DNA of 64,000 nt from Acidimicrobiales bacterium (GCA_037969565.1 JBBKXQ010000008.1:14527-78526); one strand, 5' to 3'; counted from the stretch's first letter, positions 1-10,185 are shown. Notes: generated from the letters alone by a model not told the origin. A program made the numbers and translations.

Positions 1-1
1 C

Positions 2-1102
2 GACGCCGGAACCGACAACGAAGAACTCCTGTCCGATCCGCTCTACCTCGGCTGGCGAAACAGGCGCGTTCGAGGCGACCAGTACGACGAGCTGGTCGAC
101 GCGTTCGTCGCTGCGATTGCTCGGCGACTTCCCCAGGCGGTCGTGCAGTGGGAGGACTTCGCCCAGCTGAACGCTCATCGCCTTCTCGATCGCCACCGAG
201 ATCGTGTGTCTTCGTTCAACGACGACATCCAGGGCACCGCGGCGGTCACCGCCGCCGCGGTTGCGGCCGGCATGGGAATCTCCGGTGTTCCGATTCACGA
301 GCTGCGTCTCGTGGTGGTCGGCGCAGGCTCGGCCGGAACGGGCATCGCCAACCAGGTCGCCCAGATGCTCGTCGCCGCAGGTGTGCCCACGAGTGAGGCG
401 CTGAATCGGTGCTGGCTGGTCGATCGGAACGGCCTGCTCCACAGCGATCTCCCGGATCTTCAAGAGTTTCAGCGGCCCTTCATGCGTCAGTGGGACGACG
501 TAGCGGCATGGGACGACGACAACGATGGCATCATCGATCTCGTCGATGTGGTCCGGCGTGTCGGACCCCACGCAATCGTCGGCGTCACTGGCCAACCGGG
601 CCTGTTCACCGAGGCTGTCGTCCGGGCCCAAGCCGAACAGGTCGACCGTCCGATCGTTCTGCCACTCTCGAACCCGACGCCGCGAGCCGAAGCCATCCCG
701 GCCGACGTCATCAAGTGGACAGACGGACGGGCGCTGATCGGCACCGGGAGCCCCTTCGCTCCCGTTGTGCACGACGGCATCACCCACGAAATCGCGCAGG
801 TCAACAATGTCTACGTGTTTCCCGGCGTCGGCCTCGGTGCCGTCTCCGTGAGGGCAACGTCGATAACCGACGGGATGTTCACGGCCGCCGCGAGCGCGGT
901 CGGTGAACTCGCGGCCTACACGAGGACGTCGCCGTCGACGGCTCTGCTCCCGCCGATCACGGAGGCGAGATCGGTTGCCCGCCACGTTGCCATAGCCGTC
1001 GCTCGGGCCGCGATCGAAGACGGAGTGGCGAGTGCCCCACCTGATGGCGACGTCGCCGACCTGATCGATCGCGTCATGTGGACGCCGCTCTACTCCAAGT
1101 GA
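2..1102 (+). CDS. NAD(P)-dependent malic enzyme, C-terminal part (5-prime end lies outside the window)
   Basis: Frame 2 is open from nt 2 (DAGTDNEELLSDPLYLGWRNRRVRG...QWEDF). It continues into the listed ORF with Rossmann motif VVVGAGSAGTGIA and LPLSNPT, the usual malic-enzyme signatures. Confidence 0.85.
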   Translation, partial: DAGTDNEELLSDPLYLGWRNRRVRGDQYDELVDAFVAAIARRLPQAVVQWEDFAQLNAHRLLDRHRDRVSSFNDDIQGTAAVTAAAVAAGMGISGVPIHELRLVVVGAGSAGTGIANQVAQMLVAAGVPTSEALNRCWLVDRNGLLHSDLPDLQEFQRPFMRQWDDVAAWDDDNDGIIDLVDVVRRVGPHAIVGVTGQPGLFTEAVVRAQAEQVDRPIVLPLSNPTPRAEAIPADVIKWTDGRALIGTGSPFAPVVHDGITHEIAQVNNVYVFPGVGLGAVSVRATSITDGMFTAAASAVGELAAYTRTSPSTALLPPITEARSVARHVAIAVARAAIEDGVASAPPDGDVADLIDRVMWTPLYSK

Positions 1103-1190
1103 ACTCCGCCGCCCCCGTCCGGCCTCGCCGGATCGGCTGTGACCGTGTGGGAACTCGCCCACGTGCCATGAGTGTGGGTGCACTCGCCCA

Positions 1191-1775
1191 GTGACCGGTC
1201 CACCCAGCGCCCACCTCCCTCGACCTCGTGATGTCGCCGGATTCGCAGCCGCGGCCTCGGCCGGTCTCACGCCAGCCCGCCCGACGACGCCACCACGGAT
1301 TGACACGGCCCCGACCGCACATCAGGCTTTCGTCCGGCTCGGAGCGACCCTGGCGGTGGCGGTTGCGGCCTCCATCCTGTGCCTGGTATTGCTGCCGACG
1401 CCAAACGATCAAATCGCCGGAAAGACCGCGATCGCCTTCATCGTCACGATGGCGATCGGGTACGTCGTGACCCGTGCGTCGCTGCGCCGGTTCCGGGCGA
1501 TCTTCCTCGAAGAACTCCAGGCCGGCTATGCGACCACCACGTTCTTGCAGGGGCTGTTCTGGCGCCGCAGCCGTGAAGCGTCAGGCTCGACGTGGGGTGA
1601 CGACGTGTTTGGCTGGGAGTGGAAGGGGCTGTGGGTCCTTGATTCCCACGGCAACGTCGTGTCGGCGCCGGATCCGTCGGTGGATCCGCCTGGGCTCTAC
1701 CCGTCGCCAAACGTGCCCGGAAGTCGCGAGCTGTGGACCGGGCATCGCTGGACGGGCGTGCTCCCCGACAAGTGA
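1191..1775 (+). CDS. Membrane protein with C-terminal DUF2510-like motif
   Basis: Two hydrophobic segments (LGATLAVAVAASILCLVLL, AIAFIVTMAIGYVV). The C-terminus PGLYPSPNVPGSRELWTGHRWTG resembles the GWYPDP...RYWDGxxWT motif. Start codon uncertain. Confidence 0.5.
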   Translation: MTGPPSAHLPRPRDVAGFAAAASAGLTPARPTTPPRIDTAPTAHQAFVRLGATLAVAVAASILCLVLLPTPNDQIAGKTAIAFIVTMAIGYVVTRASLRRFRAIFLEELQAGYATTTFLQGLFWRRSREASGSTWGDDVFGWEWKGLWVLDSHGNVVSAPDPSVDPPGLYPSPNVPGSRELWTGHRWTGVLPDK

Positions 1776-1785
1776 CCCAGACCTG

Positions 1786-2240
1786 AGGCCGCAGAGGGCC
1801 GCGTGGCACTCCGGGAACGAACACGAAGATCTTTGTTGGCATCAGGTCAGCGGCCACGTGGGCTTCGACCACCGTCCGTACCTTACGCTTTGGATCGCGA
1901 TCGACGCCGCAAACGTGGCCGACGGATGCGTCTACGTTCTGCCCCGAAGCCTCGACGAAGACGGCGAACCGGAACCACACGAGTGGGACGAGGTCAACAA
2001 GGAACGGATCGGTTACCAGCGGCGACGACCCCGGACTTGCCGTGGAATGTCCGGCGGGCACGATCGCCTTCTCGAGCCTCACCATGCATCGATCCGGGTT
2101 GAACCCCACCGACCACCCTCGGCGGGCATACATCTGTCAGTACTCGCCCGAGCCCGTCGTCGATCCGGTGACCGGGAAACCGAAGCACTTCGCAAATCCC
2201 CTGGCAATGACCCCCCTGAGCCACGCCGATCGACAAGGCA
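1786..2240 (+). pseudogene. Phytanoyl-CoA dioxygenase (PhyH) family remnant, 5-prime truncated and frameshifted
   Basis: Frame 1 reads WHQVSGHVGFDHRPYLTLWIAIDAANVADGCVYVLPRS. Near nt 2010-2040 the similarity switches to frame 2 (ECPAGTIAFSSLTMHRSGLNPTDHPRRAYICQYSP). There is no room for the N-terminal ~100 aa after the preceding stop at 1775, and the HxD Asp reads Val. Confidence 0.45.
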
Positions 2241-2582
2241 GTCAGAGAGTTCCATCCCGGTTTGCGTCGCGGGACCAGGCGAGAGCTCCTAGAGATCAGC
2301 TCGTTCATCGGCTCGTCAAGAGCCGCCCCGTAGACCGGCGCTCACGCGAGCAGCTCTTGGCCGTCGTCGAGCACACCGACAGACCGTCGCCCGTCGCATC
2401 CAGAACTTGCAGAGCCTCGACCGGCGACAGCCGACGCCTTCGATCGGTTTCGAACGGCCGAAGCTTGAGCGATGCGGTGTCGCCCTCGAGGATCGGCGGT
2501 GCGAAGATCACGATGCGCGACCAGAATTCGATGCCGCAAGGACAGCACCGCTGTCAGCACACCTCGTAAGGTAGGTCTCCGC

Positions 2583-3701
2583 GTGATTATCACTATCTTG
2601 CACATCGATGCTTTCGGAAGCGTTGGCGACATCGAGCACATCGATCCAACAGGCGGCGGTTGGAACTGGATTGACATCATGCTCGAACCCGACCAGGTCG
2701 AGAATCCGCCAGCGATCCTCGACGCGTATTTGTTGGATCCGTTGGCGGTGCATGACGCCTTCAACGAGGTCGATGGGCCCAAGTTCGACGATTTCGGAAA
2801 CCAACTCGTCCTCATCCTCCACGGCCTGCGTGACGGTGACCGCCTCACGACCTACGAACTCGACTGTTTCATCACGCCGTCCGATCTGATCACCGTGCAC
2901 ACGGGCAACTCGCGGGCACTGGCGGCTCTTCAGGACAACATCCGTTCACACCCCGAGCTGGCCTCAGGCGGTTGCGCCGAGGTCGCGGCACGTCTCGCCG
3001 ACGGCGTGACCCGTCGTCTGCTTGCAGTGGTCGACGCGTTCGATGCACGCGCCGACGAATTGGTGAGTCAGGCACTTGTCGCTCACCGACACCTTCTCAA
3101 CGATGTCGCGGCCGTCAGAGCTGACTTGGCCGCCATTCGGCGTGTCGTGCATCCCCAACGAGAAGCTCTCGACCTCATCAGAAGCAGTGAGTCGGGGCTG
3201 CTCACACCGGCGGCGCGTCGCCGCTTTTCCGACGTGTTCGACGTCGCCGCTCGTACTTCGAACGGGCTCGACGCAGCTCGATCCCTGATGAGCGAAGCCG
3301 TGGACGCCTATCGGGGCGCCGAGGCGCGATCCGCGACAGAGGTGACGAAGGTGCTGACGATCTACGCGGCCATATTGTTGCCCTTGTCGTTGATCGTCGG
3401 GTTCTTCGGGATGAACCACGAGAACCTGCCCTCAATAGGACAGCGATGGGGATGGCTCGCAGTGACGATCGCCATGCTCGTGATCGTCGCGCTTTCCCTG
3501 GGTGTCTTTGTCAGCCAGGGTTGGATTCGCCGGCCCTCGGGAAGAGCGGCAGGTACCGCACTTGGCCGAGGGCTTGCTGAGGCAGCCCGCGCCCCGGCTC
3601 AGGTCGCGAGTGCCGTGTTCGCCATTTCGACATTGCCAGTGAGTTCGGCCAAAACGCGGTTGGGACGTTCGAACGACGAATCGGTCGAGCAGGACGAGTA
3701 G
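2583..3701 (+). CDS. corA: CorA family magnesium/cobalt transporter
   Basis: GMN signature in FFGMNHENLP between two C-terminal TM helices, after a long cytoplasmic helical domain. GTG at 2583 is preceded by AAGGTAGG. The annotated ORF start at 2472 is probably too far upstream. Confidence 0.8.
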   Translation: MIITILHIDAFGSVGDIEHIDPTGGGWNWIDIMLEPDQVENPPAILDAYLLDPLAVHDAFNEVDGPKFDDFGNQLVLILHGLRDGDRLTTYELDCFITPSDLITVHTGNSRALAALQDNIRSHPELASGGCAEVAARLADGVTRRLLAVVDAFDARADELVSQALVAHRHLLNDVAAVRADLAAIRRVVHPQREALDLIRSSESGLLTPAARRRFSDVFDVAARTSNGLDAARSLMSEAVDAYRGAEARSATEVTKVLTIYAAILLPLSLIVGFFGMNHENLPSIGQRWGWLAVTIAMLVIVALSLGVFVSQGWIRRPSGRAAGTALGRGLAEAARAPAQVASAVFAISTLPVSSAKTRLGRSNDESVEQDE

Positions 3702-3741
3702 GCCCGAACCTTTAGACGGCGACGTCCGGCCGCGCGTTGGC

Positions 3742-4257
3742 TCAGCCTCCGTAGAAGCCCCATGAGTCCGTCGAAAGGCTCACCTCGGAGATGTCAATCG
3801 TCTCGTTCCCATTGGTGAGCACGAGGTCGGTCACGACGATCGTGAAGGGCCCTCCCCCCGCTCCTCCGCCACCGGTCTGGCTTGTGGCCGGCAGCACGCG
3901 AGCAATCTCGATCGTTCCGCTGGTCGCGAGCCAAATGGCCTCAACCTCGACTTCTTCAAAATCGCTGGCGACGTCGTGACACGGCCAAACCCGAAGGCCC
4001 GAGCCCACCTTCAACTTGCCGGTCCAAGTTTTGTCGGCGAGGTCGACCAGGCCAGGTGGGATGTCCTCGCGTTCGGTACCGGGCAACGGAGACAGCGAGA
4101 GTTGTGCGGTGCCTGCCTCGTTCACGCCGGTGAAGGAACGACCGCAACTGTTGTCATGCTCGAAAGCGAGATCGCTCGGAACCCCGCTGCTCGAGCACGC
4201 CACCAGTACGAGGACAGGAAGGACGATCGACACCACTGACGTCAGCGATCTGCGCAT
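3742..4257 (-). CDS. Lipoprotein of unknown function
   Basis: MRRSLTSVVSIVLPVLVLVACSSSG is a signal peptide plus lipobox (LVAC). The rest of the 540-aa ORF upstream of this Met overlaps the GNAT gene region and looks non-coding. Confidence 0.6.
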   Translation of the reverse strand: MRRSLTSVVSIVLPVLVLVACSSSGVPSDLAFEHDNSCGRSFTGVNEAGTAQLSLSPLPGTEREDIPPGLVDLADKTWTGKLKVGSGLRVWPCHDVASDFEEVEVEAIWLATSGTIEIARVLPATSQTGGGGAGGGPFTIVVTDLVLTNGNETIDISEVSLSTDSWGFYGG

Positions 4258-4490
4258 AGCGCCCTGTCGGTCCTTCGGGATGAGTGTGGAGGGGGCCGAG
4301 TCGAGATCGGACTGCCTTTTACGCCCTTCGGCGTCGACCGACGTTCGAACATCGAGCTGCGAACGTGCCACCTTTTCGGTTCCATTCTTCCTCAGACTCT
4401 CATGAATCGATGCGAATGCGATCTGCTGAGTCGTCTCCGGCGGACGAGTGTCAGGCCATCTCGCGGGTCGGGTCCCGAGGAACCCAACAG

Positions 4491-4979
4491 CTACGGGCAG
4501 TGCTTGATGAGAACGTGCTCGTCGTAGCTGATGCCGTGCTCGACGGTGTGAATCAGACGTTCGGTCACGGTCCATCCCGCTGCCTCGTAGAAGGCGATCG
4601 CAGCGACGTTGTCGATCCTGGCATGCAACTCGAACTGCCGGTGGCCACCGGCAGCGATCATGGCTTCGCCCTGCGCCAGCAAATGTCGGCCGAGGCCCGT
4701 GCCCTGGTGGTCTGGCTCGACGAACAGGTGGACGAGCTGGTGCCCGCTGACCGTGAAGTGGGCAATCGGTGCGCCATCGGCCACGGCCACCCACGTCTCG
4801 AACTCGGATTCGGGCCGGAACCAATCGCGGAGTTGCCGTCTGGTGCCTTGTGGGTCGGGGGCCTGAAGCGCGCCGGCGAGCAGTTGCGAGGAGTACGTCT
4901 TGGTGAAGCAGCGGTGGTGATAGTCCGCAACGGCCTCGGCGTCGTCGGGAGTGGCAGTGCGAATCGCAATCGCTTCCAT
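4491..4979 (-). CDS. GNAT family N-acetyltransferase
   Basis: 162 aa from MEAIAIRTATPDDAEAV. Acetyl-CoA loop is HQGTGLGRHLL, followed by NVAAIAFYEAAGW. Confidence 0.8.
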   Translation of the reverse strand: MEAIAIRTATPDDAEAVADYHHRCFTKTYSSQLLAGALQAPDPQGTRRQLRDWFRPESEFETWVAVADGAPIAHFTVSGHQLVHLFVEPDHQGTGLGRHLLAQGEAMIAAGGHRQFELHARIDNVAAIAFYEAAGWTVTERLIHTVEHGISYDEHVLIKHCP

Positions 4980-5085
4980 GTCTCGATACTGACACGGAGC
5001 CGCTATTGGATGTTCCTGAGCACGCTTCGTGCGGGTGCTGCTTCGTCGAGCGGAAGCGGTCTTCGATGCAAGGTAGTTTGCTCGA

Positions 5086-5433
5086 GTGAGCCTCACCTGG
5101 GAGCAAGTAATTGTCGACTCGATTTCGCCAGTCGACCTCGGACGTTGGTGGTGCGCCGCACTGGGCTGGGTCGTCGCGAACGACGACCCAGATGAGTTCG
5201 AGATTCGGCCCGACATCGATCGAATGCCCGGCCTTCTGTTCGCTCGAGTGCCCGAAGCCAAGACCGTCAAGAACAGACTCCACATCGATCTTCGGCCAGA
5301 TGATCGCGATGCCGAGGTCGAGCGCCTCATAGGACTTGGTGCGAGTCGAATTGATGTCGGGCAACGCAACGAGACCTGGGTCGTTCTCGGAGATCCCGAG
5401 GGCAACGAGTTCTGCGTGTTGTCGTCGCGCTGA
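5086..5433 (+). CDS. VOC (glyoxalase/bleomycin-resistance fold) family protein
   Basis: 115 aa. LHIDLRPDD...ETWVVLGDPEGNEFCV is typical of glyoxalase-like domain proteins. Confidence 0.65.
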   Translation: MSLTWEQVIVDSISPVDLGRWWCAALGWVVANDDPDEFEIRPDIDRMPGLLFARVPEAKTVKNRLHIDLRPDDRDAEVERLIGLGASRIDVGQRNETWVVLGDPEGNEFCVLSSR

Positions 5434-5475
5434 CGCGCCAGTCAGGGCCTGAGAGCACTCTCGCCGAGGTGATGA

Positions 5476-7167
5476 TCAGACGGGATCGGATCGGCGCAGG
5501 TCGGTGACGAACTGTGCAACGTTGTCACGAGTGGGTGCGTGGCCGGTCAGTGCAACCAGGAACGCCTCTCGCTCGATCACGCACAGCGTCGTGTCGGTGA
5601 GAGCGGTCACCGTCGCTGTGCGCGGGACGTCGAGAACCAACGCCATCTCGCCGAATCCGTCGCCGCGGCCGAGCACAGCCACTCGTTCGCCACCCCGAGA
5701 AACTTCGACCGTGCCGCCCGCAATCACGTAGTACCGGTCACCGGTTTCGCCGAGCCGGATGATTATTTGTCCGATGGAAACCGACAGCTCCGTGGCGTTC
5801 TGAGCGAGACCTTCGAGGGCCGGCACGGGAAGGGATCGGAAGATCCCCAGCGAGCGCAGCAGCGCGATCCTGACAGTGGGGTATGTGGGTGACCGGTCGG
5901 CGTCCATCAGCGGTCGCAAGCGAAGCAAGACGACGGTCGGCACCATCGCGCCGGTGACGAGAAGTGCGCCACGGATGTCAACGAGCGCGATGGCGATCGG
6001 CACCAGCGCCGACCCGAGGCCCCATGCTGCCATCGCCAGGCCCTCCTTGAACGCAAACACGCGAGCAAGTAGTTGGGTCGACGTGACACGTTGGAGCATC
6101 GTCTGGCCCGTCACCTCGAGCAGGCTGCGCGAGGCTCCGGTCACCGCTGCCGCCGCGAATGCCGAGACGACTGACACCTCGAGGCCGAGGGTGACGAATG
6201 CGGCTGCGGCGACCAGCGATGCCCCGGCCATCACGGGCATGAGACGAGCCCGCGTCAGGAGCTTGGGCGAGATGAACGCGCCGAGCACGGCGCCGGCTCC
6301 GTGAGCAGCCGCCAGGTATCCGGCACCCGATTCGCCGATGCCCAGCGTTCCCACGGCGAGCACCACGACCAGTACGTCGAAGGCGCCCACCATCAGGAAC
6401 GTTGCGCCGAGCACGATGACGACCTCGCGCGGCGCCGCGGCCCGGGCAAGTGCGCGTGCCCCTTGGTTGAGCTGGTGGATCGCGTTTCGTGTCGGTATGT
6501 CGGCATCCGCAACGAGCGGAGGGACGAGATCTCGGAGGTTGGCGACGAGCAAGGTGGCGAGCACCAGACAGGCCGAGCCGGCGGCGTAGACCGCTCCAGA
6601 TGTCGAGACGGCGAGTATCGCGCCGGCACCGGCGGGCGCCATCACGAGGCCCAGGCTCAGGATCCATCCCGTCAGCGCGTTGAGGGCGACGAGCTCCTCG
6701 GTCGATCGAACGATTCCCGGTGAGACGACGGCATGGGCCGGATGGGTGATGACCAGCAACATTGCTGTCGCGGCGCCCAACGCGTAGCTCAGTAGTGCTG
6801 GTGCGCCCGAGAGCAGCGAGGCTGCGGTCGCCGCCATCGCCAATGATTGGGAGGCATAGGCACCGACGAGCACACGGCCGGCCCCGAACCGATCGATCAG
6901 CGGTCCGGCCAACGGTGCACAGAGTGCGGTCGGCGCCAGGAGCGCCAGCGAGACGATCCCGGTTTCGGTGGCGCCACCCCTGGAGTAGGCGTAGACGAGC
7001 ATTGCAACCCACGGACCGAACTCGGCAAGCCGATAGAGAAGCAGCGCGCCGGCTTCTCTACGCATCACGCTGCTGGCCGACAGAGCGCTCAACGGTGACG
7101 GTGTCGCTCCCACCGCGCGAACACTACTGATTCGACCTCGGGCCGTCGCCTGCCTCCACGAATTCAC
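5476..7167 (-). CDS. MFS transporter fused to a C-terminal cyclic-nucleotide-binding domain
   Basis: About 12 hydrophobic helices, then a cNMP-binding fold (GETGDRYYVIAGGTVEVS...LGRGDGFGEMALV...RTATVTA). The start may instead be the Met at about 7065. Confidence 0.7.
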   Translation of the reverse strand: MNSWRQATARGRISSVRAVGATPSPLSALSASSVMRREAGALLLYRLAEFGPWVAMLVYAYSRGGATETGIVSLALLAPTALCAPLAGPLIDRFGAGRVLVGAYASQSLAMAATAASLLSGAPALLSYALGAATAMLLVITHPAHAVVSPGIVRSTEELVALNALTGWILSLGLVMAPAGAGAILAVSTSGAVYAAGSACLVLATLLVANLRDLVPPLVADADIPTRNAIHQLNQGARALARAAAPREVVIVLGATFLMVGAFDVLVVVLAVGTLGIGESGAGYLAAAHGAGAVLGAFISPKLLTRARLMPVMAGASLVAAAAFVTLGLEVSVVSAFAAAAVTGASRSLLEVTGQTMLQRVTSTQLLARVFAFKEGLAMAAWGLGSALVPIAIALVDIRGALLVTGAMVPTVVLLRLRPLMDADRSPTYPTVRIALLRSLGIFRSLPVPALEGLAQNATELSVSIGQIIIRLGETGDRYYVIAGGTVEVSRGGERVAVLGRGDGFGEMALVLDVPRTATVTALTDTTLCVIEREAFLVALTGHAPTRDNVAQFVTDLRRSDPV

Positions 7168-7175
7168 TCAGGATC

Positions 7176-7203
7176 TACTGACTCAATTGTTGATGAGTGA
7201 GTA
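7176..7203 (+). promoter_or_regulatory. Imperfect inverted repeat (candidate ArsR operator) overlapping the arsR start
   Basis: TACTGACTCA-N8-TGAGTGAGTA, arms matching 9/10, spanning the TTG 7187 and ATG 7193 start candidates. Confidence 0.35.
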
Positions 7204-7861
7204 CGATCTTCGTGTGCTGGAGAATCTGGAGGGTCGGGCTCGTCTTCATGCGGCGTTGGGGGAGCCGGTGCGATTGGCAATCGTCGAGGATCTGGCGCTG
7301 AGCGATCGGTCGCCGAAAGAGTTGGGTGTCCGGTTCGGTTTGGCGTCGAATTCGTTGGCCCATCATGTCGATGTGCTCGAGTCGGTCGGCCTGATTGAAC
7401 GCTTCGTGTCGGCTGGTGACCGTCGGCGCCGCTATCTGCGTCTTGTGTCCGCTCCGCTGGCTGAGCTGGGCGTGGCCACAGCCGCCCCGTCAGGTCGGGT
7501 GCTGTTCGTGTGTTCGCACAACTCGGCTCGATCGCAGCTGGCAGCAGCGTTGTGGCGAGATCGAACGGGTGGTGTCGCATCGTCGGCCGGTACGCATCCG
7601 GCTGACCGTGTCCATCCGGGCGCGATCGCGGCTGGGAAGCGAGCCGGTCTGGACCTCGGTGGCGTATCGCCCCGCGTGCTGGCGCCCGGTGAGACCGCCG
7701 ATCTCGTGGTGACGGTCTGTGACCAAGCCCATGAGGAACTCCACCCCGAGCCTTCGTGGTGGCACTGGTCGATCCCTGATCCCGCCGAAGCGGGCACGGC
7801 AGCAGCGTTCGACGCAGCCGTTGCTGATCTCGATTCGCGTATCACCGCACTCACCCACTGA
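7187..7861 (+). CDS. ArsR-family HTH regulator fused to an LMW-PTPase-type arsenate reductase
   Basis: The N-terminus is an ArsR/SmtB wHTH (LGEPVRLAIVEDL...LAHHVDVLESVGLI). The C-terminus has the CX5R P-loop VLFVCSHNSARSQ. An alternative ATG start lies at 7193. Confidence 0.75.
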   Translation: MLMSEYDLRVLENLEGRARLHAALGEPVRLAIVEDLALSDRSPKELGVRFGLASNSLAHHVDVLESVGLIERFVSAGDRRRRYLRLVSAPLAELGVATAAPSGRVLFVCSHNSARSQLAAALWRDRTGGVASSAGTHPADRVHPGAIAAGKRAGLDLGGVSPRVLAPGETADLVVTVCDQAHEELHPEPSWWHWSIPDPAEAGTAAAFDAAVADLDSRITALTH

Positions 7862-7924
7862 AAGGCAGAAAGAGCCAATGGCGAACAACGAAACGATGAC
7901 TGCTCCGAGCGTGGACGTGTCGGC

Positions 7925-8944
7925 GTGAGCGTGCGAGTCGGGATCAACGGGTTCGGTCGAATCGGACGCCTCGTGGTTCGGGCCTTGCGGGAGCAGCCCG
8001 GCCTGCAGCTGGTGCATGTGAACGAGCTGTCGGGCGACGCTCCCACCGCTGCGCATCTGTTGGAGTTCGACACCGTGCACGGCCGATACACCGGGACCGT
8101 CGCCACCGACGGAACGAACCTCACCGTCGACGGCCACACCGTCTCGTACTCGTCGCACGACACGCCGGGTGCGGTTGCGTGGCACGAGCGAGGCGCCGAG
8201 ATCGTGCTCGAATGCAGCGGCGCGTTCCGCACCGCCGAAACACTCCAGCCCTATTTCGGCCAAGGGGTCCGCAAAGTGATCGTGGCCGCACCGGTGAAGA
8301 GCGATGGCGTCTTGAACATCGTCATGGGCTGCAACGATCACCTCTATGACCCGGCCACCAATCATGTCGTGACCGCAGCGTCATGCACCACCAACTGCCT
8401 GGCCCCGGTGGTCAAGGTGCTGCACGAACAAATCGGCATCGAGCGAGGCGTGATCACGACAATCCATGACGTCACCAACACCCAGGTCATCGTCGACGCG
8501 CCCCACAAGGATTTGCGCAGGGCCCGTTCGGCGCTGAACTCGCTGATCCCGACCTCAACCGGTTCGGCGACGGCGATCACGATGATCTATCCCGAGCTGA
8601 CCGGGAAGCTCAACGGGTTGGCGGTTCGCGTCCCACTGCTCAACGCGTCACTCACCGACGCGGTCTTCACGATGTCTCGCGACGTGACCGTCGAGGAGAT
8701 CAACGGTCTCCTCCGAGACGCCGCGACCGGCGAGCTCGACGGCATCCTCGGCTTCGAGGACCGACCCCTCGTCTCCGCCGACTACACCAACGACACTCGT
8801 TCGGGGATCGTCGATGGCCCTTCGACGATGGTGGTCGACGGCCGCATGGTCAAGGTGCTGATCTGGTATGACAACGAGTACGGCTACGCCTTCCGTCTGG
8901 CCGACCTTGCCGCCAAGGTGGCGGCGATACTCCCGCCGTCATGA
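7925..8944 (+). CDS. gap: Glyceraldehyde-3-phosphate dehydrogenase (ars-cluster type)
   Basis: [12 protein letters not shown] motif and catalytic [10 protein letters not shown]. It sits directly upstream of arsJ with an ATGA overlap. Confidence 0.9.
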   Translation: MSVRVGINGFGRIGRLVVRALREQPGLQLVHVNELSGDAPTAAHLLEFDTVHGRYTGTVATDGTNLTVDGHTVSYSSHDTPGAVAWHERGAEIVLECSGAFRTAETLQPYFGQGVRKVIVAAPVKSDGVLNIVMGCNDHLYDPATNHVVTAASCTTNCLAPVVKVLHEQIGIERGVITTIHDVTNTQVIVDAPHKDLRRARSALNSLIPTSTGSATAITMIYPELTGKLNGLAVRVPLLNASLTDAVFTMSRDVTVEEINGLLRDAATGELDGILGFEDRPLVSADYTNDTRSGIVDGPSTMVVDGRMVKVLIWYDNEYGYAFRLADLAAKVAAILPPS

Positions 8945-10185
8945 AGGTCCGCAACTACGCCCTCGTCACCGCCGGCTACTGGGCATTCACGATCACCGAC
9001 GGGGCACTTCGGATGCTGGTGCTCCTCTACTTCCACGACCTCGGCTACTCGCCGGTGTCGATCGCGTTCTTGTTCTTGCTGTACGAGTTCATGGGGATCG
9101 TCACCAACCTGCTCGGCGGCTGGGTCGGCGCCCGATCCGGTCTGAACCGGACCCTGCTTGCCGGGCTCGGCCTGCAAATCGTTGCCCTCGTCGCCCTCAC
9201 GTTCCACGAACCCAGCTGGCGGGAGTGGGTGTCGGTCGGTTTCGTGATGGGCGCACAGGCGTTGTCGGGAGTGGCGAAGGATCTCACCAAGATGAGTTCG
9301 AAGAGCGCGGTCAAGTTCGTCGCCGGCGACAGCGAGGGCGCCCTGTTCCGAATGGTCGCTGGCCTCACCGGTTCCAAGAACGCACTCAAGGGTGTCGGGT
9401 TCTTCATCGGCGCCGCGCTGCTTTCGTGGGTGGGGTACGACGCCGCGCTGTGGGCCATGGCCGGACTGATCACCGTCGCCCTCGTTGCGGTCGCGACCCT
9501 CCTCGATGAAGACATCGGCAGGTCGAAGAAGAAGCCACCGCTGCGCTCGGTCCTGTCGAAATCGTCGGCGATCAACCGGCTCGCGGCAGCCCGCTTCTTC
9601 CTGTTCGGCTCTCGCGACATCTGGTTCGTGGTGGCACTGCCGGTGTTCCTCGACGACGTGCTCGACTGGTCGTTCGAAGGCATCGGCGCGTTCCTCGCGG
9701 CGTGGGTGATCGGCTACGGCATGATCCAATCCGTCGCACCCCGGATACTGCGACGATCATCGTCTGGGGTCCAAGCCGAGATCGGCGCAGCCCGAACCTG
9801 GGCGCTCGTCCTCACCGGGGTATCGGCTGCGATCGCCATCGCGGTCGCCCTCGACATGGCCACGACGTTCGCAGTCGTCGGCGGGTTGATCGTGTTCGGG
9901 GTGGTGTTCGCGCTCAACTCCTCACTGCATTCGTATCTGATCCTGGCCTACGCCGATGGCGACGACGTCTCGCTCGACGTCGGGTTCTACTACTCGGCCA
10001 ACGCCGCCGGCCGCCTGGTAGGCACACTGCTGTCGGGCACGCTGTATTTGTGGGGTGGGATCGAGGCAGCACTCTGGGGCTCGACTGCGTTCGTGGCGAT
10101 CACCTGGCTGCTCACCTTGCGGCTTCCCCCACTCCAGGTTGCCTCCGCGGTCGAGAAGGCGCAGGTCGCTCAGCCTCGCCGCTGA
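8941..10185 (+). CDS. arsJ: ArsJ-type MFS permease (organoarsenical efflux)
   Basis: The N-terminus [32 protein letters not shown] is characteristic of ArsJ. The protein is polytopic and is translationally coupled to the GAPDH gene. Confidence 0.8.
   Translation: MKVRNYALVTAGYWAFTITDGALRMLVLLYFHDLGYSPVSIAFLFLLYEFMGIVTNLLGGWVGARSGLNRTLLAGLGLQIVALVALTFHEPSWREWVSVGFVMGAQALSGVAKDLTKMSSKSAVKFVAGDSEGALFRMVAGLTGSKNALKGVGFFIGAALLSWVGYDAALWAMAGLITVALVAVATLLDEDIGRSKKKPPLRSVLSKSSAINRLAAARFFLFGSRDIWFVVALPVFLDDVLDWSFEGIGAFLAAWVIGYGMIQSVAPRILRRSSSGVQAEIGAARTWALVLTGVSAAIAIAVALDMATTFAVVGGLIVFGVVFALNSSLHSYLILAYADGDDVSLDVGFYYSANAAGRLVGTLLSGTLYLWGGIEAALWGSTAFVAITWLLTLRLPPLQVASAVEKAQVAQPRR

Noticed and set aside
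2305-2511. Minus-strand ORF with LKLRPFETD, faintly like the N-terminus of RimJ/RimL-type acetyltransferases.
   Set aside because: It is only about 20 residues of weak resemblance, followed by low-complexity sequence with no acetyl-CoA motif. It is at most another decayed fragment and is not reportable.
4258-5364. N-terminal 369 aa of the 540-aa ORF 3742..5364, and the upstream part of ORF 4491..5405.
   Set aside because: Only the parts from MRRSLTSV (lipoprotein) and MEAIAIRT (GNAT) have signal-peptide or family features. The remainder is low-complexity and overlaps the VOC gene on the other strand.
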